Made by a program: the position numbers and the translations under genes
Assembly: GCA_027037615.1 (NCBI GenBank)
Contig: JALVZN010000032.1
Span: 1 to 40,206 of the forward strand
Direction of reading: 5' to 3'
Source of the DNA: a candidate division WOR-3 bacterium
GTDB taxonomy: Bacteria; Hydrothermota; Hydrothermia; B15-G9
DNA length: 40,206 bases
The notes under the pieces: generated by a model
The model's database searches: none
Told to the model about the DNA's origin: nothing
Seen by the model: the letters and a program-made list of their open reading frames with translations, nothing else
Part shown: piece by piece, positions 27,140 through 36,617 of the stretch
Layout of the letters: each line of letters starts with the position of its first letter
Numbering within the stretch: the first letter of the stretch is position 1

Positions 27140-27397
27140 TTACTGCTCAAGTGGATACACGGACACATAGGTTCTGTTTTTCCTGTGCTCGAACCTGACA
27201 ACACCTTCTGCCACGGCGAAAAGGGTGTCATCTCCACCTCTTTTCACATTGTATCCGGGGTGGAATTTTGTGCCTCTCTGCCGCACAAGTATCTGGCCGG
27301 GCTTCACAACCTGACCCGCATATCTCTTAACACCTAATCTTTTAGAAATGGAATCTCTTCCGTTTCTGGTGCTTCCCATTCCCTTTTTATGAGCCAT
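27140..27397 (-). CDS. rpmA: 50S ribosomal protein L27
   Basis: [58 protein letters not shown] precedes the ATG at 27397. The track ORF start at 27448 is an upstream extension. Confidence 0.95.
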   Translation of the reverse strand: MAHKKGMGSTRNGRDSISKRLGVKRYAGQVVKPGQILVRQRGTKFHPGYNVKRGGDDTLFAVAEGVVRFEHRKNRTYVSVYPLEQ

Positions 27398-27495
27398 ATT
27401 ATCGCCTCCTTCTTTTTTGGAAGAGAAGGCTTTAAAGGTAACACACACGGGTTGACTGTGTCAAGCTTGAAAATTATAATTGAGCCGCTTTTGAA

Positions 27496-27568
27496 GGGCC
27501 GTTAGCTCAGGTGGCAGAGCACCTGATTTTTAATCAGGGGGTCGCAGGTTCGAATCCTGCACGGCCCA
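27496..27568 (+). tRNA. tRNA-Lys (anticodon UUU), 73 nt, CCA not encoded
   Basis: Manual cloverleaf. Acceptor GGGCCGT/ACGGCCC, D-stem GCTC/GAGC, anticodon stem CCTGA/TCAGG with loop TT-TTT-AA, T-arm GCAGG-TTCGAAT-CCTGC, discriminator A, followed by a T-run. Confidence 0.93.
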
Positions 27569-27572
27569 TTTT

Positions 27573-29081
27573 TTATTTTCTGACCATTCCCATGACCTGA
27601 CGCCTCAATTCCGGGACAAAGATCAAATTCAAAACCACATAGGCCACTCCGAAAACGACAAAATCCTGAATCCACCTGAACTTAATCGTCAATAGAGGAT
27701 GCGCCATCGAGCCAAGCATGGCGATAGCGGATAACACATTCACCATCAACAACCTCCAGAAAACCGATATGTGCGCCCTGCGAAACTGGAAGAAGCGGCT
27801 TCCACCGTGCCACAGCAGCAGAAGTTGAACCCAAGAGCTCAATCCTGTGGCAAGAGCAAGCCCGGAATACCCCATTTTGAACGGCAGGGTCACAGCCATC
27901 AGGATGTTGGTTGCCGCACCTACGCCAAAAGCCACATTGGGCCGCCTGACACTGCCATGGGAAAAGTAAACGGCCAGCAAGATTTTGGATAGTGACGCCG
28001 GCACAACGAGCAGAGAATACAGGACGAGCGGCATTGCGGACATGTAGGTGTCCACACGGCTGAACGATCCCCTCTCAAAAAGGAACGAGATGATGGAATC
28101 GGCGTCTAACATCATGAAAATCGTGGCAGGCAGGGCGAGCAGGAACACGAGGTTGAAGCTGCGGGCGACGATGTCCGACGGATCGGCTTCATGGGCAGCG
28201 TATTCCGAAAGCTCCGGCAGAGCAACGGTAGATATGCCTACACCGAAAAGCCCAAGCGGCAGGTTCATTATCCTGAAGGCGTAGTTCAACAGGGCTATCG
28301 AACCGTTCTGCAAAAAGCTGGCCACGAATGTGTTGACAAACAGCGTCAGACGGGAAAACCCCGTGCTGAACGCAACAGGAAGCAGCAATTTAGTCAATTT
28401 CTTGAGCGACCTGTGATGCAGGTCTAACTTGAACGAGATCGGAAAGGACGCCTTTTTCAGAAAAGGCAGCAGGAAAGCCACCTGCAAGATCCCCCCAAAT
28501 ATCACGCCAATCGCCATTGCAATCGCAAATCCGGCAGGTTGATCTGTTAATTTTGTGGATAGGAGGCCGCAGATGATTATCCCGGTGTTGAAAAGCACAG
28601 GTGAAACCGCCGGCACGAAAAAGCTCTTTATCGTGTTGAGGAGCCCGCTTGCCAGGGCCGAAACTGTCACAAGCAGCAGGTAAAACGAGGTTATTTTGAC
28701 CAGTTTGACCGCAATGAGGTATTTTTGAGGCTGTTCGGTGAACCCGTAGGCTATGATTTTGACAACCAGTGGAGCGGCTATCACGCCGATAAGGGAAACG
28801 ATGAACGCAACCGAGAGCCACAAGAACAGCGTCGTTCCGAGAAAGACATCGGGCCTGTCGCCTTTCTCTCGTGCTTCGACCATTGAGGGGATAAAGGCGT
28901 TCTGGACGGCGTTCTCAGCAAGGAGGTCGCGGAGCAGAGCCGGCACCCTCAGGGCGGCATAAAATGCGTCAGCGATACCTGAGGCACCTAAAAGATAGGC
29001 CACAACGCCTTCCCGTATGAAACCGGCGATACGGCTGAAAAATGTGGCGAACGCAAATGAGAAGACCGACCTGTAACGCAT
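27573..29081 (-). CDS. murJ: Lipid II flippase MurJ (MviN family)
   Basis: FFSRIAGFIREGVVAYLLGASGIADAFYAALRVPALLRDLLAENAVQNAFIPS, about 14 TM segments and 502 aa. Confidence 0.88.
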   Translation of the reverse strand: MRYRSVFSFAFATFFSRIAGFIREGVVAYLLGASGIADAFYAALRVPALLRDLLAENAVQNAFIPSMVEAREKGDRPDVFLGTTLFLWLSVAFIVSLIGVIAAPLVVKIIAYGFTEQPQKYLIAVKLVKITSFYLLLVTVSALASGLLNTIKSFFVPAVSPVLFNTGIIICGLLSTKLTDQPAGFAIAMAIGVIFGGILQVAFLLPFLKKASFPISFKLDLHHRSLKKLTKLLLPVAFSTGFSRLTLFVNTFVASFLQNGSIALLNYAFRIMNLPLGLFGVGISTVALPELSEYAAHEADPSDIVARSFNLVFLLALPATIFMMLDADSIISFLFERGSFSRVDTYMSAMPLVLYSLLVVPASLSKILLAVYFSHGSVRRPNVAFGVGAATNILMAVTLPFKMGYSGLALATGLSSWVQLLLLWHGGSRFFQFRRAHISVFWRLLMVNVLSAIAMLGSMAHPLLTIKFRWIQDFVVFGVAYVVLNLIFVPELRRQVMGMVRK

Positions 29082-29698
29082 CAGGCAGAGAGCCGCCGAA
29101 GGACGGTTGAGACCACCATTTCGATGGCGATGTCGTTGTATCCACCTTCAGGGATTATCACATCGGCGAACTGTTTGCTCGGCTCGACAAATTCCATGTG
29201 CATGGGCCTGACAGTGGCTATGTATTGCTCTATCACAGATTCTATCGTCCTGCCGCGTTCTGCGGTGTCTCGCTTCAGCCTTCTGATGAACCTGATGTCA
29301 TCGGGTGTGTCAACATAGATTTTTATGTCCATAAGTTCCCTGAGCTCAGGATAATACAGGACAAGGATACCCTCAACGATTATGACATCGCGGGGCTCGA
29401 TCCGAACGGTCTTTTTGCTCCTTGCGTGGATCACGAAATCGTAAGTCGGACGCTCTATGGGATGACCCTCCTTCAACATTTTCAAATGGGATAGCAAAAG
29501 CTCGGTGTCGAACGCAGATGGATGATCGTAGTTGACCTTTGCCCTGACCTCAAGCGGCAGATGACTTTGATCCCGGTAATACATGTCCTGAGGGATAACG
29601 ACTATCCTGTCGCTGCCGAGGACGGATGATATGCGAGCCGCAATTGTGGTCTTACCGGAGCCTGTGCCGCCTGCTATACCTATGATTATGCGCTTCAT
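29081..29698 (-). CDS. udk: Uridine kinase
   Basis: [18 protein letters not shown] is a P-loop at the N-terminus when started at the ATG at 29698 (the track TTG at 29725 overlaps the upstream gene). Also NYDHPSAFD and IVEGIL. Its stop overlaps the murJ start by 1 nt (TGATG). Confidence 0.88.
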   Translation of the reverse strand: MKRIIIGIAGGTGSGKTTIAARISSVLGSDRIVVIPQDMYYRDQSHLPLEVRAKVNYDHPSAFDTELLLSHLKMLKEGHPIERPTYDFVIHARSKKTVRIEPRDVIIVEGILVLYYPELRELMDIKIYVDTPDDIRFIRRLKRDTAERGRTIESVIEQYIATVRPMHMEFVEPSKQFADVIIPEGGYNDIAIEMVVSTVLRRLSA

Positions 29699-29699
29699 A

Positions 29700-29993
29700 T
29701 CACTCGGATAAAGAATTGCCTCCAACTTTGGCGACTTTCACAGGCACAGGTATGAGCGGCGGGCGTGCAGTCGGAGGCTTCAACTCGGAGATCGGCTTTC
29801 CAGTCTCACGCGCCACTATGCGAAGCATCAACGGGATGCATGTCCTTCCCTGACAAGGCCCCATGCCCACGCGGAGCAAACGTTTTATCTCCTCCGGGTC
29901 GGTAAATCCCATCTTGATAGCATTTACGATGTCCTCTTCCGTCACATCGTTGCACCTGCAGATAATCACCGGATGCTTTTTCCTTTTCGCCAT
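29700..29993 (-). CDS. BFD-like (2Fe-2S)-binding protein
   Basis: [12 protein letters not shown]...GPCQGRTC is the C-x-C...C-x2-C BFD-like motif. The ATG at 29993 is preceded by GGAGGTG. The track start at 30053 overlaps the upstream gene. Confidence 0.8.
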   Translation of the reverse strand: MAKRKKHPVIICRCNDVTEEDIVNAIKMGFTDPEEIKRLLRVGMGPCQGRTCIPLMLRIVARETGKPISELKPPTARPPLIPVPVKVAKVGGNSLSE

Positions 29994-29994
29994 T

Positions 29995-30465
29995 TCACAC
30001 CTCCACGCGTATCGCCCTGACCTCCATGACGAGGTCCTGCGGGACTTCCACACACACGACAGTGGTTGCCTCTTTCCTGTGAGCGTTCATAACGGCTCTG
30101 ACGCGGGCTTTTGTCAGCACATTGCCTTCACGGTCAAGGGCGAGCACAGTATCGCCTCGCTTAGGGACAGGTGAGAACTCGTGAGGCACCCACACAAGCC
30201 CTTTCGACGGCAGAACCATGAAAATGGCCAGTCCCGGACAGGCAATCACGCACTTGGCGCAACCTATGCACTTGTCGGGATCCAGTTTGGGCAACGCTGA
30301 TATGTTCTCCATGGTGATGGCGCCAGTGGGACAGGCTCCAACACATGGGTTACACGGGATCTCTTGAAAGCACTCAAGCACGGCCACCGGCTTCTTTCGA
30401 TCAAAAGGTGGCGTGACAGATGAAATCAGAGATCTATCAGGCACGCCTGTTTCCAGAAGAGACAT
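29995..30465 (-). CDS. 4Fe-4S dicluster-type ferredoxin domain protein
   Basis: CNPCVGACPTGAI and CIGCAKCVIACPGLAI cluster motifs, plus an ~70 aa C-terminal extension. SD GGAGG. Confidence 0.8.
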   Translation of the reverse strand: MSLLETGVPDRSLISSVTPPFDRKKPVAVLECFQEIPCNPCVGACPTGAITMENISALPKLDPDKCIGCAKCVIACPGLAIFMVLPSKGLVWVPHEFSPVPKRGDTVLALDREGNVLTKARVRAVMNAHRKEATTVVCVEVPQDLVMEVRAIRVEV

Positions 30466-30545
30466 TTGAAACCTCCAGAAGTTTGGTAAAAGTTTAATGG
30501 AAAGGCAAATCCAACAACAAGCGGAATGGATGGGTGGATTTTCTA

Positions 30546-30574
30546 TTGCCCATCCGATTGAATGCCATTAGAAT
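30546..30574 (+). promoter_or_regulatory. Candidate promoter TTGCCC-17-TAGAAT upstream of the radical SAM gene
   Basis: Hexamers read from the sequence. SD GAGGAGG and the ATG at 30600 follow at sensible distances. Confidence 0.3.
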
Positions 30575-30599
30575 TTGCGCTCCGTGAGGAGGCATTCAG

Positions 30600-32927
30600 A
30601 TGGGATTGAAAAACAACAGGTTTGGCCATCCGTTCGGCAACGACCTTTTGAAAGTTGAGCGGCCGGGCAGGTATATCGGCGGCGAGCTGAACATGGTTGT
30701 TAAGGACACGGACAACCTCGTCCGCATTGCACTCGTTTATCCAGAACTTTATGAGCTTGGCATGTCAAATTTGGGTCTGTCGATAATTTACCATGTTTTA
30801 AATTCTCATCCGCGCGCTTACGCCGAACGGGCATACCTCCCATGGCTGGATGCCTTACAGCTCATGAAGTCCCGAAATATCCCGCTTTTCACACTTGAGA
30901 CATACACTCCTTTGAACGAGATGGACATTATAGGCTTTTCCATGCACACTGAGCTGAACTACACGAACATCCTGTTAACACTAGACTTATCCGGCATTCC
31001 GGTGGAGTCGGGCAACAGAGATGAAAAACATCCGCTGATCATGCTCGGCGGGCCGACCGCCTTCAACCCCGAGCCCCTCAAAAGGATTATCGACTTCTTC
31101 GTCATCGGCGAAGGGGAAGAGGTTTCGACAGAGCTGATTGAGCCGGTCCTCGCATGGAAAAACGGCGAATTGTCGCGCTACGAGGTGCTGAAAGAGCTGT
31201 CTAACATCGAAGGCGTTTATGTCCCATTCCACACGAGCGGCACGGTCAGGCGCAGGATGGCCATGCTGGAGCGGAAGTTCTTCCCCGTGAAGCAGCTGGT
31301 GCCGAATGTCTCGATAATCCACGACAGATACACCATCGAGATCATGCGGGGCTGCACGCGCGGCTGCCGTTTCTGTGAGGGAGGCATGACTTATCGCCCG
31401 CTGAGGGTCAGGCCAGTCGATGAGATAATCAGCATCGCCAGGGAGGGCATAAAGGCAACAGGCTACGACGAGATCGGCCTCCTCGCCTTCACCGTATCGG
31501 ATTACCCTGACCTGATCGAGCTGATCGTGCAGCTGAAAAAAGCGCTGCCACATGTCAACCTATCTCTGCCATCTTTGCCCGTGAATGCGCTCCAGCCGCA
31601 GTTGCTCGACCTTCTATCCGACCTGTCTCGGTTCGGTATCACCCTCGCTCCTGAGACGGCATCCCCGAAATTGAGGGGCACGATAAACAAAAATGTGCCT
31701 CTCGAGGAAATCTTCAGTTCGATCGAACTCGCCCAGAAAAAGCGGTGGCCGGGCGTCAAACTGTATTTCATGATTGGTCTGCCCGGCGAAACCGATGAGG
31801 ATGTGGAGGAAAACATAAGGTTTTTGCAGGAAGTCGCAAAAGCGGCAAAAAGAATTCGGGTGAGGGCATCTTTTGGGCCCTTCGTCCCGCGACCGCATAC
31901 CCCTCTGCAGTGGTCAGAACAGTTTCCGCCAGATGTGGTTTTTGAACGGCTGAAACGCATCAGAAAGTCCCTGCGACGCTACCGCTGGCTCAGGATTTCG
32001 TTTCACAACCCGTATCAGAGCATCCTTGAAGGGATTTTTGCGCGCGGCGACGAAAAATTGCACGATGTGCTCCTCGAAGCCTATCGCATGGGCGCAAAAT
32101 TCGACGACAGAACCGAGACATTCGACTTTTCCATCTGGGAACGGGCTTTCGAGAAAACGGGCATCGACTGGCGGGATTACCTCAGGGCACGCTCGCTGGA
32201 TGAGCCTCTCCCATGGGATTTCATCGACACCGGCATCTTCAAGCCCTACCTGAAACGGGAATACAGGCGGGCACTGGGATCGAAATACACCGACGACTGC
32301 ATGAAAACCCGCTGTCAGGGATGTGGCCCGTGGTTCAAGGAGAAGTATCCGCTATGCCTGACGGGGTTGAAGCCGCTCTATCCCAACCAGATTGACAGCT
32401 CTGTGCTCAAACCAGCGGCTCAACCCAACGAAAGATACAGGTATCTGATGGTCTATTCTCTCTCGCCGCCGGCCTCCTTAATCGGGCACAATGACCTGAT
32501 GAGGCTGATAATTCACGGGTTAAGGCGCTCAGGAATAGAGTTGCGGCTTAGCGAGGGATATGTCAAAAGGCCAAAAGTTAGCGCTGGCCCATCCCTCATG
32601 CTGGGAGCCACAGGCGAATCTGAGCTATTCGGCTTTGAGACCGTGAAATTCTACGACCCCGAAACGCTCAAGGCCAAAATTGCCGCTGAGATGCCCGAAG
32701 GCGTGGAAATCAAAAGGGTTTTGCTGCTGAATTCACCGTTTAAATGGAACTCAATCGTCGGATCCATCTACATGGTAACGACTTCCGACGGCAAGGAAGT
32801 CAAGATCGAGGTCAGGCACGGCGGCAAAAAATTGTCCGAGTGGCTGAAGGAGCTCGACGGCGTGTCTGTGCACAGGATTGGGTTCATTTTCGAGGGGGAA
32901 ACACCCATCCCCGCAACGGCAAAGTGA
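30600..32927 (+). CDS. Fused B12-binding-domain radical SAM protein (TIGR03960-like) plus DUF2344 (TIGR03936-like) C-terminal domain
   Basis: N-terminus [28 protein letters not shown] is the CxxxCxxC motif. The C-terminal ~200 aa (RYLMVYS...[23 protein letters not shown]) resemble DUF2344. Confidence 0.8.
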   Translation: MGLKNNRFGHPFGNDLLKVERPGRYIGGELNMVVKDTDNLVRIALVYPELYELGMSNLGLSIIYHVLNSHPRAYAERAYLPWLDALQLMKSRNIPLFTLETYTPLNEMDIIGFSMHTELNYTNILLTLDLSGIPVESGNRDEKHPLIMLGGPTAFNPEPLKRIIDFFVIGEGEEVSTELIEPVLAWKNGELSRYEVLKELSNIEGVYVPFHTSGTVRRRMAMLERKFFPVKQLVPNVSIIHDRYTIEIMRGCTRGCRFCEGGMTYRPLRVRPVDEIISIAREGIKATGYDEIGLLAFTVSDYPDLIELIVQLKKALPHVNLSLPSLPVNALQPQLLDLLSDLSRFGITLAPETASPKLRGTINKNVPLEEIFSSIELAQKKRWPGVKLYFMIGLPGETDEDVEENIRFLQEVAKAAKRIRVRASFGPFVPRPHTPLQWSEQFPPDVVFERLKRIRKSLRRYRWLRISFHNPYQSILEGIFARGDEKLHDVLLEAYRMGAKFDDRTETFDFSIWERAFEKTGIDWRDYLRARSLDEPLPWDFIDTGIFKPYLKREYRRALGSKYTDDCMKTRCQGCGPWFKEKYPLCLTGLKPLYPNQIDSSVLKPAAQPNERYRYLMVYSLSPPASLIGHNDLMRLIIHGLRRSGIELRLSEGYVKRPKVSAGPSLMLGATGESELFGFETVKFYDPETLKAKIAAEMPEGVEIKRVLLLNSPFKWNSIVGSIYMVTTSDGKEVKIEVRHGGKKLSEWLKELDGVSVHRIGFIFEGETPIPATAK

Positions 32928-33088
32928 GCCGTCCGTTTTTCCTAATGCACTGGGCAAACAGACACTTCATGGCGGTAGAGAGAAACTTCCACAAATCCCA
33001 AACGCACAACAGATTGAACGGCAATCGGTTTAACGGCTCCGAAACTGAGAGTCTTATAATTAAGCGCATCATCAAAAAGGAGGGAACC

Positions 33089-33502
33089 ATGAAATCTCAC
33101 ACGGAATACATAGTGTTCAACACAAATAAAAAGAGGGATCTCATTCGGATTACCGACAAAGTTGAGGAGGTCGTCCACAAAAGCGGGATTAAGGAGGGGT
33201 TTGTCCTCGTTTCTGCGATGCACATCACAGCAGGCGTGATAGTTAACGATGATGAGCCCGGCTTTCACAGCGATTTCTGGGAGTGGGTAGAGAAATTGGC
33301 CCCTTATCGAGCTGACTACAAACACCATCTGACAGGCGAAACCAACGGCGACGCCCATCTGAAATCCATACTTGTCCACCATCAAGTCATACTCCCCATA
33401 ACCAACGGCAGACTGGATCTCGGCCCATGGCAGCAGGTGTTCTATGCGGAATTTGATGGTCAGCGGCCCAAGAGGCTGATAATAAAAGCTATCGGCGAAT
33501 AA
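33089..33502 (+). CDS. yjbQ: YjbQ/UPF0047 family protein (secondary thiamine-phosphate synthase enzyme)
   Basis: SD AAGGAGGGA precedes the ATG at 33089. [32 protein letters not shown] and [14 protein letters not shown]. The 252-aa track ORF is an artefactual 5' extension overlapping the radical SAM gene. Confidence 0.85.
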   Translation: MKSHTEYIVFNTNKKRDLIRITDKVEEVVHKSGIKEGFVLVSAMHITAGVIVNDDEPGFHSDFWEWVEKLAPYRADYKHHLTGETNGDAHLKSILVHHQVILPITNGRLDLGPWQQVFYAEFDGQRPKRLIIKAIGE

Positions 33503-34324
33503 TCATTTAGATAAAAATATTTCTGATGGGGCAAATTTGAGGTAGTTGATGTACTCGGCAGACGCAAGGCCTATCATGAACATCGGGAAAATCCAGAGAT
33601 AGGCCAGCACCATAGCGTAAGTGGAAAAGAAATCGGTCATAACCGCAAACAGCGTATCAAGGATCGCAAGCATAAGAGCCGCAGCAAACATGTAGCTCCA
33701 CATCCGCTTTAACGGCTTGATGCCAAGGTAACCAGCCCAAAGCATGCCTTTAAGCGATAGATAGAAAAAGACGAAATCGAGCAACACATAGATCTCATTG
33801 ACTATCAACTCGCTAATGAATTGACTGTTGGCCTCATAAACTGCCATTGTAGCCCCAAGGAAAAGCAACATGGTGACAAAACCAGAGATCAGGCTATATT
33901 TCGACGGAATTTGCTGAACAATTTTCTTCTCAAATATGCCCAGAAACAGCTGCATAATCCCGTATGTCCAGAAAGCTGAGGCCAATATGTAAATCACATC
34001 CTGAACGGAATTAAGCATTTCGGATGACACATAAAGCAAGGTCACGATGTCCCACCAGAGGTCACCCAGACCATAGAGAAGTAAGCCTGTGCCGATGATC
34101 TCCCATGCTTTCCTGTGTTTTATCGGCGGGTTTGATAGCATGGCAACGGCAAAAGCCATGATCCCGACGATCCAATACGCTACAACATCATACACATTGA
34201 AAATAACCCACAACACCAATTTGTTGCTCATAGGCAAATTCAGTCCAAAAATCACAAAAAGGAACAGGTAAAGCAGGATGTTTATGTATATGAACGCCCG
34301 CAACATGTCGCATTTAAGCTTCAT
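33503..34324 (-). CDS. Polytopic (~8 TM) membrane protein of unknown function; start at 34324 or 34306
   Basis: Hydrophobic segments throughout and no recognised motif. Its 5' end overlaps or abuts the ptsI stop (34314), and its stop abuts the yjbQ stop. Confidence 0.6.
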   Translation of the reverse strand: MKLKCDMLRAFIYINILLYLFLFVIFGLNLPMSNKLVLWVIFNVYDVVAYWIVGIMAFAVAMLSNPPIKHRKAWEIIGTGLLLYGLGDLWWDIVTLLYVSSEMLNSVQDVIYILASAFWTYGIMQLFLGIFEKKIVQQIPSKYSLISGFVTMLLFLGATMAVYEANSQFISELIVNEIYVLLDFVFFYLSLKGMLWAGYLGIKPLKRMWSYMFAAALMLAILDTLFAVMTDFFSTYAMVLAYLWIFPMFMIGLASAEYINYLKFAPSEIFLSK

Positions 34325-36083
34325 GTTCGATGCCCCCCGGAATTTCGTCGTCGATAAACTCTTTCAGGAACTGCCTGACGGCGTCCCTAACCTCGCGTCC
34401 GGAAGACATTTTAAGGACTTCTTCGACCAACTCACTGGCCCTGGAAAACGATATGCTGTTGACTATGTGCTTTGTGCTCAGCAAAGTTCCCGGTGCAACC
34501 GAAAGCTCATCGACATGCATGCCCACAAGAAGGGGGATTCCAAGAGGATCGGAAGCGAGCTCGCCACACACGCCAACCCAGACATTTTTTTTGTGTGCGT
34601 TCTCACACACCAGTTTAACAGCTCTGATGACCGCGGGATGCAGATGGTCATACATGTAGGCCAGTTCGGCATTGCCGCGCGCAACAGCAAGCATGTATTG
34701 AGTAAGGTCGTTGGTTCCTATGCTGAAAAACTGGACATGTTCGGCCATCATGTCGCTCATAACGGCAGCCGATGGCGTCTCAACCATTATGCCAAGTTCA
34801 GGGAGCTGCACCTTCTTGTAAACCGGGTTGGATTTAAGATTGCGATATTCCCGCTTCAAAATCTCCTTGACCTTTTCGATCTCCTCAACAACGCTGACCA
34901 TCGGAATCATGAGCTTAACATTGCCCATGACATTGGCTTTGATTATCGCCCTGATCTGTGTTCTAAGGAGTTCCTCGTCTTTCAAAAGGACGCGTATCCC
35001 GCGCATGCCGAGCCCGGGATTTTGCATAGGCAAACCGAAAACCTTGTCCGCACCAAGATCAAAGAGCCTGATGACGAACGGGCCGGGATAGACCGTTCGA
35101 GCCACCTTGCGGTAAATCCTCGTCTGATTTGCCTCGTCAAGCTTGTAATTTTCAAAAAGGTATTCGGTTCTGAACAGGCCAATCCCCTGAGCGCCAAACT
35201 TTTTCACAAGATCGAGCTCGTCAGGGACATCTATGTTTGCGAGAAGGGTTATCCTGACCTGATCCTTCGTCATGGCAGGGTTATCCTTGAGCTCAAGCAG
35301 CTTTTTCTCATGCAATTGGTACCGATTGCGCAAATCCTGATACCGCAAAAGCGTGGCCTTCTTGGGATGAAGTATCACCACACCGGAATATCCATCGACG
35401 ATAATCCTGTCCCCGTCGTTGACAGAAGCTATAAACCCATCTCCCAGCGCAAACACGGCTGGCAGGTGGTAGTTGTGGATGATGATGCCTGCGTGCGTCG
35501 TCCTGCCGCCGTAGGCGAAAGCGAACGCCTTGGCGTTGCCCTTGATCGCCCTCAAGGTCTCCTGAACCGACAGGTCGTAGGCTATGACAGCCCTGTTCCT
35601 GAGCGTCACCTTGTGGCCCTGAGGGTGTTCGGAACTCTGAATCCGCTGAATTAAATCGCGCGCTATCTCACGGATGTCCGAAGCACGCTCGCGGAGGTAG
35701 TCCCATTCGCTGCGTTCGATGTTTTCGGCCAATTCCGTAAGTTTTTTGTTGATGGCATACTCAGCTGGCCGCCGCTCCTCCCTGATTATCCGAATGACAT
35801 CCTGCTCAAGTTTGGGGTCTCTGAGGATGGTGATCTGGGTATCGACAACCTTTTTGACCATTTCCGGCGAGGTCGGGATGACCTCCTCAAGTTCTCTGAC
35901 AAAGGCATCGCGTGCTTTCAGGAATTTCTCGATCTCCTTCTCGACCGCTTCCTCGGATTTAAGGCGTCGAGTGGAGATCCTGAGATGTCTCCTTGCGACC
36001 AGCGTTGCCCGGCCGATAAATATGCCCGGCGAGACGCCAATCCCTTTGAAAAAGCTCTCTCTATGGGTCTTTGTCTTCACCAA
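34314..36083 (-). CDS. ptsI: Phosphoenolpyruvate--protein phosphotransferase (PTS Enzyme I)
   Basis: GIGVSPGIFIGRA, GGRTTHAGIIIHNYHLPAV (active-site His), GIGLFRTEYLF and FFSIGTNDLTQY. The TTG/GTG start at 36083/36080 overlaps the ptsH 3' end. Confidence 0.9.
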   Translation of the reverse strand: MVKTKTHRESFFKGIGVSPGIFIGRATLVARRHLRISTRRLKSEEAVEKEIEKFLKARDAFVRELEEVIPTSPEMVKKVVDTQITILRDPKLEQDVIRIIREERRPAEYAINKKLTELAENIERSEWDYLRERASDIREIARDLIQRIQSSEHPQGHKVTLRNRAVIAYDLSVQETLRAIKGNAKAFAFAYGGRTTHAGIIIHNYHLPAVFALGDGFIASVNDGDRIIVDGYSGVVILHPKKATLLRYQDLRNRYQLHEKKLLELKDNPAMTKDQVRITLLANIDVPDELDLVKKFGAQGIGLFRTEYLFENYKLDEANQTRIYRKVARTVYPGPFVIRLFDLGADKVFGLPMQNPGLGMRGIRVLLKDEELLRTQIRAIIKANVMGNVKLMIPMVSVVEEIEKVKEILKREYRNLKSNPVYKKVQLPELGIMVETPSAAVMSDMMAEHVQFFSIGTNDLTQYMLAVARGNAELAYMYDHLHPAVIRAVKLVCENAHKKNVWVGVCGELASDPLGIPLLVGMHVDELSVAPGTLLSTKHIVNSISFSRASELVEEVLKMSSGREVRDAVRQFLKEFIDDEIPGGIEHEA

Positions 36084-36336
36084 AGCCGTCTTCCACCAGT
36101 TTTACAAGTGCCTCCAAAGCTTCCTCCTCGTCAGGCCCGTCCGCGCGTATGATGATCTCGCTGCCTTTGCCAGCAACCAGCATAAGCAATCCGAGTATGG
36201 ATTTGCCGTCAACCACCATGCCATCCTTCTCGACCTCTATCTCAGAATCGAAATCACTGGCCGTTTTGGTGAACAGCGTCGCAGGTCTGGCATGGATGCC
36301 CAACCTGTTGACTATCTTGACCTTTCTCTCAACCAT
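36061..36336 (-). CDS. ptsH: Phosphocarrier protein HPr
   Basis: MVERKVKIVNRLGIHARPA carries His15, and DGKSILGL carries Ser46. 91 aa from the ATG at 36336; the track ORF start at 36474 is an extension into DUF503. Confidence 0.9.
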   Translation of the reverse strand: MVERKVKIVNRLGIHARPATLFTKTASDFDSEIEVEKDGMVVDGKSILGLLMLVAGKGSEIIIRADGPDEEEALEALVKLVEDGFGEDKDP

Positions 36337-36614
36337 CACAGGAACCTCAGCGTATAGTCGAGCACATGGATCCTCTTTTCCTGCTCGATCGTGTTCATAA
36401 CCTTCGACAGTATCGAATTTGCGATGCCACTGTCGCTCGAAACAACGGCAACCATCAGCTTCGACCTCTGCCACAGGTCCTGCGCATCAACTTCGGCGAC
36501 AGAAACATTGAACTTCTTCACCCTGTCTTTGATGCTGCGCAGGACAAACCTCTTCTCTTTCAATGAACTTGAATGCGGTATGTAAATGTCTATTTCAAGC
36601 ACACCTATCGGCAT
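36336..36614 (-). CDS. DUF503 (YlxP-like) protein
   Basis: IGVLEIDIYIPHSSSLKEKRFVLRSIKDRVKKFNVSVAEVDAQDLWQR, ~92 aa, in the canonical position just downstream of infB. Confidence 0.8.
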   Translation of the reverse strand: MPIGVLEIDIYIPHSSSLKEKRFVLRSIKDRVKKFNVSVAEVDAQDLWQRSKLMVAVVSSDSGIANSILSKVMNTIEQEKRIHVLDYTLRFL

Positions 36615-36617
36615 GGC

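Noticed and set aside
32744-33088. The 5' extension of the YjbQ ORF (252 aa in the track).
   Set aside because: The extension overlaps the radical SAM gene's 3' end and translates to low-complexity Arg/Gly-rich sequence. A strong SD plus the ATG at 33089 gives the canonical ~137-aa YjbQ.
34278-35654. A 458-aa ORF on the + strand.
   Set aside because: It is antisense to ptsI, which has clear EI motifs. It has no recognisable domain, so it is a shadow ORF.
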